31,409 bases of DNA from NCBI GenBank assembly GCA_046293555.1, contig JBKBOT010000017.1:1-31409 (forward strand), given 5' to 3'. How positions within the stretch are numbered: the stretch's first letter is position 1; every line of letters starts with the position of its first letter. The notes under the pieces were generated by a model. That model was given only the letters and a program-made list of their open reading frames with translations, made no database searches and was not told the DNA's origin. Shown one piece after another: positions 18,017 through 27,756 of the stretch. Source of the stretch: Pyrobaculum sp. Its GTDB lineage: Archaea; Thermoproteota; Thermoprotei; Thermoproteales; Thermoproteaceae. A program made the translations under genes and the position numbers.

Positions 18017-19158
18017 ACCGCGTCTCTCAGCCTTTTGTACACCTCGCCCATTCCTCTAAAGTGTAGGAACGTCCTGGCGAAGTCCGGCACCTGTTGGTAA
18101 TACGTCATAACGTCCTTCAGGCCCACTAACTCCACGAATTTAGACCACCCCACCCTGTCTATAAAGTCCGCAAGCCTCTCGCCTGGATTTGCGTGTTGTC
18201 TCCAGACCTCTACCACATGTTTGACCACAGCCACGACCTCCTCGTACCGCGGCGGGATAGCCGGCAGCCACGGCACAAGCACTCTCGCCAATCTGGCGCC
18301 GCCGCCGGTATTAGACATCTTGCCGCCCACAAGTATTGCGACGCCCACATCTTCTGGGTCGTAGTCAAAGGCGTCGCAGTTCTCCTTACAGCGGGCGCAG
18401 TTAATACATTTCTCCGGTATTAACGTCAGTTTTACCTTCTCTCCCTCTCTCCTGAGCGTCAAGGCGCCGGTGGGACATACCTGCACTAGGAATATCTGCG
18501 CCTCTTTTACTTTCGCCAAGGCCTTAGGCGGCGGTAGACACATGCCGATTACCTCTTCTCTTATTTTAGGCGCCGCGCCCCACTGGCCCACAATAGCTAT
18601 ATCTATGGCGGTGCCGCCTGCACACATCGCCGGACAGCCGGAGACAAATAATCTCAATTTAGCCGGCAGCCCGCCTTCTTTGAAATAAGGAGCTAGGGCG
18701 TCTCCTATGGCCTTAGATATAGAGGGGGCGTCTACTACCGCCGTGGTGCATGTGAGGTACGCTGTGCAGGAGTTTATGCCCCAAAGGGAGTTCTTCCAGC
18801 CCCCCACCGGGAACCCCATTCTCTCTGCCTCCTCTTTTATCTTTAACGCCTTGTCTAAACTGTCGGTTAAGATCTCCAAGTTGCCAGCCATGGTGACCCG
18901 CATCGCCCCAATGCCCAGCTTGTCTGCAAGATCTGCAAGCTGTTCTAACGTGTCTGCACTCAGGCGGGCGTTTGGCGGCATGGCTATCTTAACGGCGAAT
19001 ACCCTGTCGCCAGTTTCAGAAATGTGCTCAATTATGCCATAGCCGTGAAACTTGCGGTCAACCCACCTGCCGTAGTTCTTAAGTACCTTCTCGGGCAGGA
19101 ACTTCTCTAGGTCAACTGGAAATACCTTTTGTAACCTGGCGGCTTTTGGCGACGTCAT
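18013..19158 (-). CDS. dsrB: Dissimilatory sulfite reductase beta subunit
   Basis: KNYGRW, EHISETGD, GFPVGG, CTAYLTC (CX5C), GCPAMC (CX3C), CPTGA...CINCARC, VGGKMSN, PPRY, ERLADFIDRVGW. Confidence 0.95.
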   Translation of the reverse strand: MTSPKAARLQKVFPVDLEKFLPEKVLKNYGRWVDRKFHGYGIIEHISETGDRVFAVKIAMPPNARLSADTLEQLADLADKLGIGAMRVTMAGNLEILTDSLDKALKIKEEAERMGFPVGGWKNSLWGINSCTAYLTCTTAVVDAPSISKAIGDALAPYFKEGGLPAKLRLFVSGCPAMCAGGTAIDIAIVGQWGAAPKIREEVIGMCLPPPKALAKVKEAQIFLVQVCPTGALTLRREGEKVKLTLIPEKCINCARCKENCDAFDYDPEDVGVAILVGGKMSNTGGGARLARVLVPWLPAIPPRYEEVVAVVKHVVEVWRQHANPGERLADFIDRVGWSKFVELVGLKDVMTYYQQVPDFARTFLHFRGMGEVYKRLRDAV

Positions 19159-20387
19159 GGCCTCCCCTTAAGCTGGTTTGCAAACATTAGGTATTTTTCT
19201 CTCACCTCTTTGGGCAACACCGCAAAGGGCACGTCGTCTGGCGTCTTGCCGGGAGATGACGGCATTCCCTCAAGCTTTATGCCAGCCTTTTCGATATATT
19301 TATCTAAACCTATGTGCATAATATAGTCGCCAATTCTGTATTTAGGCTGTGCCTCTGCCTCCCAAGGCCCGATGACCTTAAAGGTGAGGTCAATGGCGTC
19401 TTGTATCTGGTCTGGATTAAGGAAGCCAATAAACCAGCCCAGCTTGGGGCCAAACCTGCCCTTAGACCCGCCGCCTACCACTACGGCTATCTTTCTGTTT
19501 TTGCCCGGCTTTATCGCTGGGTATGCGGCTCTTATACAGTGCATAGATTTCTTACAGCGGCTTCCGTCTATGTGTAGTTCTTTTTTTTCTTTATCCCAAG
19601 TGATGGCGCCGCTGGGACAACTGGCAGCCAGCCTTTCGGGATCGATCTCCCCAGCCTCCACCTTCCTTCTAAACAGCTCCTGATCCACATCCGGCGCGCC
19701 CACCCATACGCCAATAAAGCCTATATCTCCCCTATTGGCTCTAGCGCAGTCCAGGGGGCAGCCAGACATCTTTATCTTAAACTTGTATGGATAGCTCGGC
19801 GTGACTATGTTGTCATTTACCCTCTTGTCTTTATGAAACTCGGCATACCACTTGAGGGTGTCGTATAGCGCGTACTCACAGAGGGCGGGGCCCACACATG
19901 CGTTTAACGCCCTGATGGCGTCGCCGCTGCCCCCCACGTCTGTGCCAATTGAACGTAGCGCATCTACCATCTCCTCTGCCTTCTCCGGCGTGAGGTTTAG
20001 GACAAGCGCCCCGGTCTGTCCCACCAGCTCGATCAGCCCTACCCCCAGCTCCTTGGAGATCTTAATTATCTGTCTCGCGAAGTCTGTCTTAAGGAACTTG
20101 CCGGGAGTGTGGAATATCCTGAAGTGTACCTCCCCTCCGCCGCCAGGCACCCAGTCTCTCGCCCATCTAGACAAAACGCCGGTGTTTAGATACTCCACCT
20201 TCACCGCGGCGGGGCCCCACGGCGACTTTCTTGCCACAAGCCCCACGCCATATACCCGGTAGGGGTACTGCGTCTTCTTTAACTCAGTGACGTGGCTAGG
20301 CCACGGGCCGAATTCATAATTTTTTAATATTTCTTCCGCCTTTTTGACCAACTCTTCGGGTGGTGGCAAGTTTTTTGGAGCAGACAT
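19155..20387 (-). CDS. dsrA: Dissimilatory sulfite reductase alpha subunit
   Basis: GPWPSHVTELK, DVGGSG, CVGPALCE (CX5C), PYKFKIKMSGCPLDC (CX3C). Confidence 0.95.
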   Translation of the reverse strand: MSAPKNLPPPEELVKKAEEILKNYEFGPWPSHVTELKKTQYPYRVYGVGLVARKSPWGPAAVKVEYLNTGVLSRWARDWVPGGGGEVHFRIFHTPGKFLKTDFARQIIKISKELGVGLIELVGQTGALVLNLTPEKAEEMVDALRSIGTDVGGSGDAIRALNACVGPALCEYALYDTLKWYAEFHKDKRVNDNIVTPSYPYKFKIKMSGCPLDCARANRGDIGFIGVWVGAPDVDQELFRRKVEAGEIDPERLAASCPSGAITWDKEKKELHIDGSRCKKSMHCIRAAYPAIKPGKNRKIAVVVGGGSKGRFGPKLGWFIGFLNPDQIQDAIDLTFKVIGPWEAEAQPKYRIGDYIMHIGLDKYIEKAGIKLEGMPSSPGKTPDDVPFAVLPKEVREKYLMFANQLKGRP

Positions 20388-20511
20388 AGAGGTGTGTGAA
20401 ATGCCTACATATAAACAATATTAACATAAAACATGTAATATGTTGAAAAATGTCTAGTTATATGTATATATGTAAAAACATGGAACTAGATGGGTAGGTG
20501 AAAAAGGCCGG

Positions 20512-21405
20512 TTAGTACCCCGGCTTAATTTCTTTACCCGTCTTGTTTAGTGGGTGGAGTGTGGTGGGTGGCAGCCTTGTGTTGGGGCCCGCAAAGTCCT
20601 TGTCGGCATATTCGTAAATCCGCCAGAATATTCTGTATATTATGTGGTCTGCCTTAGTCCAGAAAAACAGCAGGAAGAACATCGCCACTGGAATTGCGTG
20701 GAAGTGTATTGAAAATATGAGAAACGCGTCTGTGGCGGGGCCCGGCGCATAGGCCCACGCCAATATGGCGGCTTGGAGGACAAACCCGGAGACTCCCAAC
20801 AATAATACCATTATGGGTAGATAGTCAGCCCCGATGAGGTCCCAGACGCCCCTGTAGTTCACCTCCTTGTACCTGACGGAAAGCCATATTAACGCGCCTA
20901 CTATCATAAACACGCCGCCTAACATCCCAAATATGCGGGCTGGGTGTGTGACGTCGAGAATTATCACGTCTTTTGGGAATGTAAAGAGAGCCACCGTGGT
21001 GGAAATTGCGGCGAGGACGAAGCCCCACACCATCAACAGTTTGGCTACCCTCTTGTTTGCCCTAGTTCTAACTACCTCGGCTTGAGATCTGCCAAATTCG
21101 CATTTCAGTATGCCCATAGCCAGCACGTCGACAAATAACACCTTGAAGAAAAGAGGTATCGCCTTGCCGCCAATACTTGGCTTCTCTTTTATTAACTTCC
21201 TCTCCCACTCTGGGTATGTAATTAGTGCCTGCATCTGCGGATAGCGAAGTATGTTAAACTGTCTTACACCTTTATACCAAAGGGCGAATATAATCCAAAT
21301 AACTGTCGCTATTGCGAGCACGTCTATAGTCAGCCAGGAGACAGGGCTCTCCACGCCGCTATAGACGCCGAGAACAGTCTCATAAGTTGATACTCTTCCC
21401 GCCAT
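20512..21405 (-). CDS. AprM/QmoC-like (NarI-superfamily) membrane protein, probable membrane partner of APS reductase
   Basis: About 5 TM helices; KRVAKLLMVWGF, HP.RIFG..GG, ADYL, WTKADHIIYR resemble AprM/QmoC segments; divergent from aprB. Confidence 0.65.
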   Translation of the reverse strand: MAGRVSTYETVLGVYSGVESPVSWLTIDVLAIATVIWIIFALWYKGVRQFNILRYPQMQALITYPEWERKLIKEKPSIGGKAIPLFFKVLFVDVLAMGILKCEFGRSQAEVVRTRANKRVAKLLMVWGFVLAAISTTVALFTFPKDVIILDVTHPARIFGMLGGVFMIVGALIWLSVRYKEVNYRGVWDLIGADYLPIMVLLLGVSGFVLQAAILAWAYAPGPATDAFLIFSIHFHAIPVAMFFLLFFWTKADHIIYRIFWRIYEYADKDFAGPNTRLPPTTLHPLNKTGKEIKPGY

Positions 21406-21487
21406 GTGGCCACTGATGTGAAGTCTTAAAAATAATATTCTCAGAAGTAGTTAATAAAGGTTTTTAATATGGCAATACGCAGTAAAT

Positions 21488-21976
21488 ATGCCGACATTTG
21501 TATACTCGTCCCTATGTAAAGGCTGCGGCAAATGTGTAGATATATGCCCTGCCGACAATATGCACTACAACCCGAAGGTAAGGAAGGCATATAACGCAGA
21601 CCCGGTCTCCTGCGCCGAGTGTCTAAATTGTGTAAAATACTGTCCAGAACATGCCGTAGATGTGAGGAGCTATAGCGACTTCGTGCCGCTGGGGGCAAGA
21701 GTGGGCGTCATTAGAGACACCAAAAAGAATATGATATACTGGCGCATTGTATTCCGCGACGGCACTGTCCACGACTTCGCCTCCCCCATTAGGACGACGC
21801 CGTGGGGCTCCGCCAGAAGCGCTAAGGACATCCCGCCGCGGACAGATCTCGACTCCGAGCTGCTCGCATTGGAAGACAGCCCGGAGTATTTGGGGTTCCC
21901 AGAACTGCCGCGGCCAAAACAGCTGGTTAGAATTGTGGGCTCTCCCCTAAAGGCAAAACCCGCTGGAGGTAGGTAA
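21488..21976 (+). CDS. aprB: Adenylylsulfate reductase beta subunit
   Basis: MPTFV...CKGCGKCVDICP, CAECLNCVKYCP, Y.DFVPLG, FRDG...F.SPIRTTPWGS. Confidence 0.96.
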   Translation: MPTFVYSSLCKGCGKCVDICPADNMHYNPKVRKAYNADPVSCAECLNCVKYCPEHAVDVRSYSDFVPLGARVGVIRDTKKNMIYWRIVFRDGTVHDFASPIRTTPWGSARSAKDIPPRTDLDSELLALEDSPEYLGFPELPRPKQLVRIVGSPLKAKPAGGR

Positions 21977-21977
21977 T

Positions 21978-23858
21978 ATGTCGCTCCCCAACCCGCCCAC
22001 AAAGATCGTTGAGACCGACATATTGATTGTCGGCGGCGGGATGGCTGGCTGTGGCGCCGCGTTTGAAGCCAAGTACTGGTGTGGCGGCAAGTGTAAAGTA
22101 ACTGTAGTAGATAAAGGCAATACGGAGAAATCTGGCGCAGTTGGGATGGGCCTCTCGGCATGTAACCTCGGCGTATTTACCACAGACCCCGACGACCCCA
22201 AGCCAGAAGATTTTGTCTATTACGTGAGGAATGATTTTCTTGGTATTGTCAGAGAGGACTTAGTTTACGACATCGCTAGACACATGACCTCTACCATCAA
22301 GCTTTTCGACGAGTGGGGCCTCCCCATATGGCGTGACCCCAAGACGGGCAAGTACCTGAGGACTGGCCGTTGGCAGCATCCCATCCACGGCGAGTCTTAT
22401 AAGGCCATAATTGCGGAGGGGGGCTGCTACAAGTCTGCCGACGAGGTGTATGAAAGAGTTGTGGTGACACACCCGCTTCTTGACGAGAGGGTGCCCAACA
22501 GAATTGCGGGCGTTGTTGGCTTTAATGTAAGAGATGGCACTTTCTACGTCTTTAAGGCCAAGGCCGTCATCGTCGCCGCCGGCGGCACGTCGCTTTTATA
22601 CAGGCCGCGGAGCGTCGGCGAGGGTATGGGTCGCACCTGGTACCCCACCTGGGCGTCTGGCAGCGCTCTCGCGGTGCCCATACTGGCCGGCGCCGAGACC
22701 ACAAGCCTCGAGTTCCGTCTCATTGTGGTTAGGTTTAAAGACGCCTACGGCCCAGTGGGGTTCCCCTACCTGTTGTTAAAAATGAGGTCTACAGACGTCA
22801 AGGGGAGGCAGTGGGAGCCACTGCCAGAGGAGGCTAAGGCCGAGTTGGCCAAAATATTCTTTGACTACGCCTGGGCTAAGCCAACCCCCACCCCCATTAG
22901 GACTTGGGTCACTGTGACTAACCTAAAGGAGGGCCGCGGGCCTGACATAATGCAGACCCACGAGCGCCTGCCTGACCACGAGTCGCTTCACGTGCTTTTT
23001 GAGGACTATCTAGACATGACTCCAACGCAGGCCTTCTACTGGGCTGGTAATAACATCCATCCGGAGAAGACCCCCTCTGAGCTGATGCCCACCGAGCCCT
23101 ATATCCAAGCTAGCCACGCCTCTCCTGGCGCCATGTGGGCCTCCGGGCCTGCCGACATAGCTCCGCCGGAGTACCGCTGGGGTCCCAACCGCATGTTGAC
23201 TGTAGAAGGCCTTTTTGGCGCTGGGGACACGGTGGGGGGCAGTGGGCACAAGTTCTCCTCGGGCAGTTTTACCGAGGGCCGTATTGCCGGCAAGTCTGCG
23301 GCAAGGTACGTGTTGACGCAGGCTAGGGACTACACGCCTACCGTCAGTCCTGACACCATAGAGCGGTATAAGGAGGTTGTCTACAGGCCGCTGGAGTGGT
23401 ACCATGTGAACAGACCTCTCACCACGACGCCTGAGACACATAACACCAACTGGTTTGAGATACATCCCAACTACCTGAATTGGCACCAGCTACTTCTCAG
23501 GCTTCAGAAGGTTATGGACGAGTATGTGGCCGGCTGGGGTAGCTTCTATGTTACAAACACCTATCTCCTGAATAGAGCTGTAGAGTTGTTGAAAATGCTT
23601 GAAGAGGACTTCCGCTTCGCCGCCGCCGCCAGCTACCACGAGTTGTTACGCGTCTGGGAGGTATACCACCGCCTCGTTGTGGGCCAGGGCGTTGTGATGT
23701 CTATGTTGTACAGAAAGGAGAGCCGTGGCTATTACCTCAACGCCGACTATCCATATATCGACGAGGAGAACTGGCACGTCTTTGTCAACGCCAGGCGGGA
23801 TCCCAAGACGGGGGAGTGGAGTGTAAGGACTGTGCCAGTTATTCACATACTTCCATAA
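21978..23858 (+). CDS. aprA: Adenylylsulfate reductase alpha subunit (intact)
   Basis: DILIVGGGMAGCGAAFEA, SGAV..GLSA, GRWQ..IHGESYK, RFKDAYGPVG, MPTEPY, GHKFSSGSFTEGR, RKESR. Confidence 0.97.
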   Translation: MSLPNPPTKIVETDILIVGGGMAGCGAAFEAKYWCGGKCKVTVVDKGNTEKSGAVGMGLSACNLGVFTTDPDDPKPEDFVYYVRNDFLGIVREDLVYDIARHMTSTIKLFDEWGLPIWRDPKTGKYLRTGRWQHPIHGESYKAIIAEGGCYKSADEVYERVVVTHPLLDERVPNRIAGVVGFNVRDGTFYVFKAKAVIVAAGGTSLLYRPRSVGEGMGRTWYPTWASGSALAVPILAGAETTSLEFRLIVVRFKDAYGPVGFPYLLLKMRSTDVKGRQWEPLPEEAKAELAKIFFDYAWAKPTPTPIRTWVTVTNLKEGRGPDIMQTHERLPDHESLHVLFEDYLDMTPTQAFYWAGNNIHPEKTPSELMPTEPYIQASHASPGAMWASGPADIAPPEYRWGPNRMLTVEGLFGAGDTVGGSGHKFSSGSFTEGRIAGKSAARYVLTQARDYTPTVSPDTIERYKEVVYRPLEWYHVNRPLTTTPETHNTNWFEIHPNYLNWHQLLLRLQKVMDEYVAGWGSFYVTNTYLLNRAVELLKMLEEDFRFAAAASYHELLRVWEVYHRLVVGQGVVMSMLYRKESRGYYLNADYPYIDEENWHVFVNARRDPKTGEWSVRTVPVIHILP

Positions 23859-23860
23859 AA

Positions 23861-24736
23861 ATGATAGAGCTTTTTTACCTCCCCCTCCTCTTCTTAGTTA
23901 CAATGGGGATTGCCACTGTGGCCGTCATGGCTGGCGTTGGCGGCGGAGTTCTCTTCACGCCCTTAATGCTGGCATTTACGACACTTGATGTAAACTTCGT
24001 GCGGTCTGCCGGCTTGGCGCTCGCCATGACAGACTCCGTGGTGGGCGGCAGGCGGTATCTTAAAGCTGGGGCGACTAGGCTTAATATTGTCTTATTTGGC
24101 AGCGTGGCGTTAGCTATAGGCTCTTCCATTGGCGCAATAGTTGGCATTGGGGTTGTCAAGTGGTTTGGAATAACGGGGGAGGCAATCATAAGGATCGCTC
24201 TAGGCGCTTTGATAATGTTCATAATTTACGTAATGTGGAGATTTGGGGGACGTCGGGAAAAAGAGGTTGAAAGCACTGGGAGCGAGTGGGGACGTAAATT
24301 GGGCCTATATGGCGTTTTTTACGACCCTGCGATAAAAAAAGAGATTAAGTACCACGCGAGAAATGTGGGGTATGGGTTCTTGTGTTTCTTTGGAGTTGGC
24401 ATGATTAGCGGAATGTTTGGAGTTGGGGGCGGGTGGGCCATAGTCCCCACGTTGTTTCTAGTGATGGGCCTGCCGCTTAAAGTTTCTGTGGGCTCTTCCG
24501 TGGCTTCTTTTGTAGTGGGCGACATGCCTGGATTTTGGATTTATGTAAATGAGGGTGTAGTAGCGCCTACTCTCCTAGCCGCCGTTATGGCCGGCCCGCT
24601 TATTGGAGCGACAATTGGGTCTAAGCTAGCGCTTAGAGTAAAGACGCGAGTTATCAGATATGCGGTGCTCACAGTGATGGCTATTGCAAGTATAAATCTC
24701 ATAATCAGGGGGTTAATCCAGCTGGGAGTTATATGA
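23861..24736 (+). CDS. TauE/SafE-family sulfite exporter
   Basis: Duplicated AGVGGGVLFTP and FGVGGGWAIVP motifs in a polytopic membrane protein; ATG 2 nt after the aprA stop. Confidence 0.88.
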   Translation: MIELFYLPLLFLVTMGIATVAVMAGVGGGVLFTPLMLAFTTLDVNFVRSAGLALAMTDSVVGGRRYLKAGATRLNIVLFGSVALAIGSSIGAIVGIGVVKWFGITGEAIIRIALGALIMFIIYVMWRFGGRREKEVESTGSEWGRKLGLYGVFYDPAIKKEIKYHARNVGYGFLCFFGVGMISGMFGVGGGWAIVPTLFLVMGLPLKVSVGSSVASFVVGDMPGFWIYVNEGVVAPTLLAAVMAGPLIGATIGSKLALRVKTRVIRYAVLTVMAIASINLIIRGLIQLGVI

Positions 24737-25062
24737 CTCTAGAACACAAATATGCAGATACAGTCTATGTCATAGCTCTGTTGGGGATAATGGTAATAAT
24801 TATGTCTACAGCGTTTGAAGCCATTACGAACTCCGCAGCTTTTATGGAAAAAGTGGGGGGGATATTTGGGGGTAAGGTGAAAGAAGATCCATCTATCGGA
24901 CGTATTGGAGTCTACATATTTGCCACAGCGCCTCTTGTTGGTTTATTATATATAATCTTGTGGTCTCTCTCAAAACGTTATATAATTTTAACATTAAAAG
25001 CCGTTATTATATTTATAGTGATAATACTTGCAATAGCTGGACTTGTGAAGGTACATATTTAG
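24733..25062 (+). CDS. Small 3-TM membrane protein (DUF1634-like TauE partner)
   Basis: ATGA overlap with tauE; IGVYIFATAPLVG resembles the DUF1634 G...L.ATP motif. Confidence 0.6.
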   Translation: MTLEHKYADTVYVIALLGIMVIIMSTAFEAITNSAAFMEKVGGIFGGKVKEDPSIGRIGVYIFATAPLVGLLYIILWSLSKRYIILTLKAVIIFIVIILAIAGLVKVHI

Positions 25063-25113
25063 TATTTCCAATTTACGTTAATAAAGTTAATATATTAAGA
25101 TACCTTTTTCATC

Positions 25114-26475
25114 ATGTCTCTAGAGCCACATGGCGGTAGGCTTGTCTACAATGTGGTAGAGGATAGAGACAAGGCTGTAGCTATGTATACAGGCTTAACT
25201 ACGCTAGAGATAGAGCCTACATATGGTCCTGACGGCGCGCCGATTAGAAACCCCTATAGGGAGATTATGACTATTACATACGGCTTTACCAGCCCTGTGG
25301 AGGGCTTTATGGCTAGAAACGAGGTGGAGTCTATCTTAAAGGAGCGCCGGCTGTCAAACGGATGGCTTTTCCCCTTCCCGCTTATTTGCGACGTGGAGGA
25401 GGATACTGTGAAAAAACTTGGGGTCAAGGAGGGCGACAAGGTTCTGTTGACTCTTAAGGGGAGGCCTTTCGCCATTCTAGAGGTAGCGGAGATATATAAG
25501 TTGGGCGACAGGAAAGAACTGGCAGATGCAGTCTTCGGCACACCTGACAGAAATAACGAAGTGGTAAAGAAGCGGTTTGATGAAAAACACCCAGGCTGGC
25601 TCATGTACCGCATGATGCGACCCATGGCGTTGGCCGGAAGGCTGACTTTAGTAAACCCGCCTAGATTTAAGGAGCCTTATAGCCGGTTCTGGATGCCGCC
25701 TCACGTCAGCCGGGAGTACATCAAGAAGATGGGGTGGAAGATAGTAGTGGCGCATCAGACCCGTAACGTGCCACATATCGGCCACGAGATGCTTATGAAA
25801 AGAGCTATGTTTGTGGCGGGAGGCGAGAGGCCGGCTGACGCCGTCTTTGTAAACGCCATAATTGGCGCAAAGAGGCCTGGCGACTATGTGGACGAGGCCA
25901 TATTGGAGGGCCACGAGGCGTTAAACAAGGCGGGTTACTTCCACCCCAATAGACATGTGGTAACTATGACTCTGTGGGACATGCGGTATGGAAACCCGCT
26001 GGAGAGCATCTTCCACGCCATAATTAGACAAAACCTCGGCGTGACTCACCACATGTTTGGCAGAGACCACGCCGCCACCGGCGACTATTACGACCCCTAC
26101 TCCACGCAATACCTCTGGACCAGGGGGCTGCCTAGTTACGGCATAAACGCCCCGCCTTACGAGGTGGACAAGGGCGTTAAAGTACGGCCTGTAAACCTCG
26201 GCGAGTTTGCCTACTGTCCCAAATGTGGCGAGTACACATATTTAGGCATGTCCTACGGCGACTATAAAGAGCCGCCTCTTTGTAGCCACACGCCAGAGCG
26301 TATCTCTGGCTCCTTCCTGCGGGGGGTGATCATAGAGGGCCTCAGGCCGCCTAGGGTGGTGATGCGGCCTGAGGTGTATGAAGTTATCGTCAAGTGGTGG
26401 AAGGCATATGGCTATCCCTATGTCACCGATAGGTACCTAAAGATTAAAGAACAGGAGCTAGAGGTAGAGCTATGA
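25114..26475 (+). CDS. sat: Sulfate adenylyltransferase
   Basis: PHGGRLV, QTRNVPHIGHE (QTRN and HxxH), GRDHA, YCPKC...CSH zinc site, ISGS..R, MRPEV. Confidence 0.97.
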   Translation: MSLEPHGGRLVYNVVEDRDKAVAMYTGLTTLEIEPTYGPDGAPIRNPYREIMTITYGFTSPVEGFMARNEVESILKERRLSNGWLFPFPLICDVEEDTVKKLGVKEGDKVLLTLKGRPFAILEVAEIYKLGDRKELADAVFGTPDRNNEVVKKRFDEKHPGWLMYRMMRPMALAGRLTLVNPPRFKEPYSRFWMPPHVSREYIKKMGWKIVVAHQTRNVPHIGHEMLMKRAMFVAGGERPADAVFVNAIIGAKRPGDYVDEAILEGHEALNKAGYFHPNRHVVTMTLWDMRYGNPLESIFHAIIRQNLGVTHHMFGRDHAATGDYYDPYSTQYLWTRGLPSYGINAPPYEVDKGVKVRPVNLGEFAYCPKCGEYTYLGMSYGDYKEPPLCSHTPERISGSFLRGVIIEGLRPPRVVMRPEVYEVIVKWWKAYGYPYVTDRYLKIKEQELEVEL

Positions 26476-26822
26476 CCTACAAGATTGGGCTGTTGATAGA
26501 CGAGAGGCGGTTTGAAGCCATTAGGGACAAGCCTTTCGCCAAGGCGCTAAAGTCCATGTTTGGCGGCGAGATAAAGATGTTAGAAGTAGAGGTGGACGAG
26601 GAGACTGCGCGCCGTATATTAGCCCAGTTCCCCTCAGCGAGGGTAGACGCCAGGGGCTTTCTAGAGGACTTGCCCGTGGCCTTCAAGCGGGCTCTGTTTG
26701 AGGCTATTGTGGCTACCGGCACTACGGGCAGGGAGGCCTTTGAGAGGGTTTTTGAGAAAATTGCCGAGATCAAAGAGGCAGCCGCCAAGGAGAAGGAGTA
26801 CGTGCCGCCTCCAGTATTCTAA
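26472..26822 (+). CDS. Hypothetical protein coupled to sat
   Basis: ATGA overlap with the sat stop; 116 aa, charged and soluble. Confidence 0.75.
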   Translation: MTYKIGLLIDERRFEAIRDKPFAKALKSMFGGEIKMLEVEVDEETARRILAQFPSARVDARGFLEDLPVAFKRALFEAIVATGTTGREAFERVFEKIAEIKEAAAKEKEYVPPPVF

Positions 26823-26865
26823 CTTTTTGGTAATAACACTTATTTTTTCCAGTCGGGTGTTCTAC

Positions 26866-27108
26866 ATGCTTACATACGATGACGTGTTGGAAAAATTCTG
26901 TCTATGTGACGTCAACATGTACCTTAAGGCTAGAGGCGACGTTGTGATATTTCCCGAGAGGTACCGTGGGAAGAAAGTAGAGGAGGCCGTCAAGGGGGTG
27001 AGGGGCGTTGTGGTAACTACAGAAAGAGAGGGGCTTCAGCACATATTTGTGTTAAAGACCTCCGCCTATCTAAAAAAGGTCCCAATAACGCTGCCTGTTG
27101 TCCGCTAA
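26866..27108 (+). CDS. Hypothetical 80-aa protein (FCLCD motif)
   Basis: ATG 26866 preceded by TAATAA and a T-rich box at the spacing seen for other genes; the 3' end overlaps cobA by 39 nt. Confidence 0.6.
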   Translation: MLTYDDVLEKFCLCDVNMYLKARGDVVIFPERYRGKKVEEAVKGVRGVVVTTEREGLQHIFVLKTSAYLKKVPITLPVVR

Positions 27109-27756
27109 CTTTTTGCATCTAGCTATCACTAACGCCGGCTTTAAATGGTAGTTTTTTAACCCCGCCGGCGTGGTTTTTATACAGCTGCCCCCCTGCGTCA
27201 CCGCGTGACATAGATATACTTCTGTCTCGCCGCATGCCGCCGCCAGTATTTCTCCCACCTCTCCGAGGCGGCCTCCCATCATGTATATAACTAACGTGTC
27301 GGCAGAGATGGATCTCACCGTCTCTAGGTCCACATGTGGGTAAGACAGCAGAGCCAGGTGTCGTAAGGCGGCGCCGTCTGTGAGGTCTATCTTGTAGAGA
27401 GCGGCCGCCGCGGCGAAGGCGCTCACGCCTGGCACCACCTCGCAGGGAACTCCAGCCTCCTGCGCCTTTTTGCATATCTGTAGCCCCCGGCCGAAGAGTG
27501 TGGGATCGCCGTTTTTTAGGATTACTACCTTCTTGCCGGCTTTCGCCTCGTTTATTAACATCTCCACTACGGCGTCGTGTTGTTGTCTCTTGTGGCCTAT
27601 TTTAACCACTTTTGCCTTTGGGGCGTAGAGCTTGGCTATCTCTACTGGCACCAAGTCGCCGTGGGCAACCACGTCTGCTTCCGCCAATAGCTCCACCGCT
27701 CTGACTGTCAGTAGTTTTGGGTCGCCGGGGCCTGCCCCCACTACGTATATCGACAT
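27070..27756 (-). CDS. cobA: Uroporphyrinogen-III C-methyltransferase (siroheme synthesis)
   Basis: VGAGPGDPKLLT, LKNGDPTLFGRG, EVVPGVSA. Confidence 0.9.
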   Translation of the reverse strand: MSIYVVGAGPGDPKLLTVRAVELLAEADVVAHGDLVPVEIAKLYAPKAKVVKIGHKRQQHDAVVEMLINEAKAGKKVVILKNGDPTLFGRGLQICKKAQEAGVPCEVVPGVSAFAAAAALYKIDLTDGAALRHLALLSYPHVDLETVRSISADTLVIYMMGGRLGEVGEILAAACGETEVYLCHAVTQGGSCIKTTPAGLKNYHLKPALVIARCKKLADNRQRYWDLF

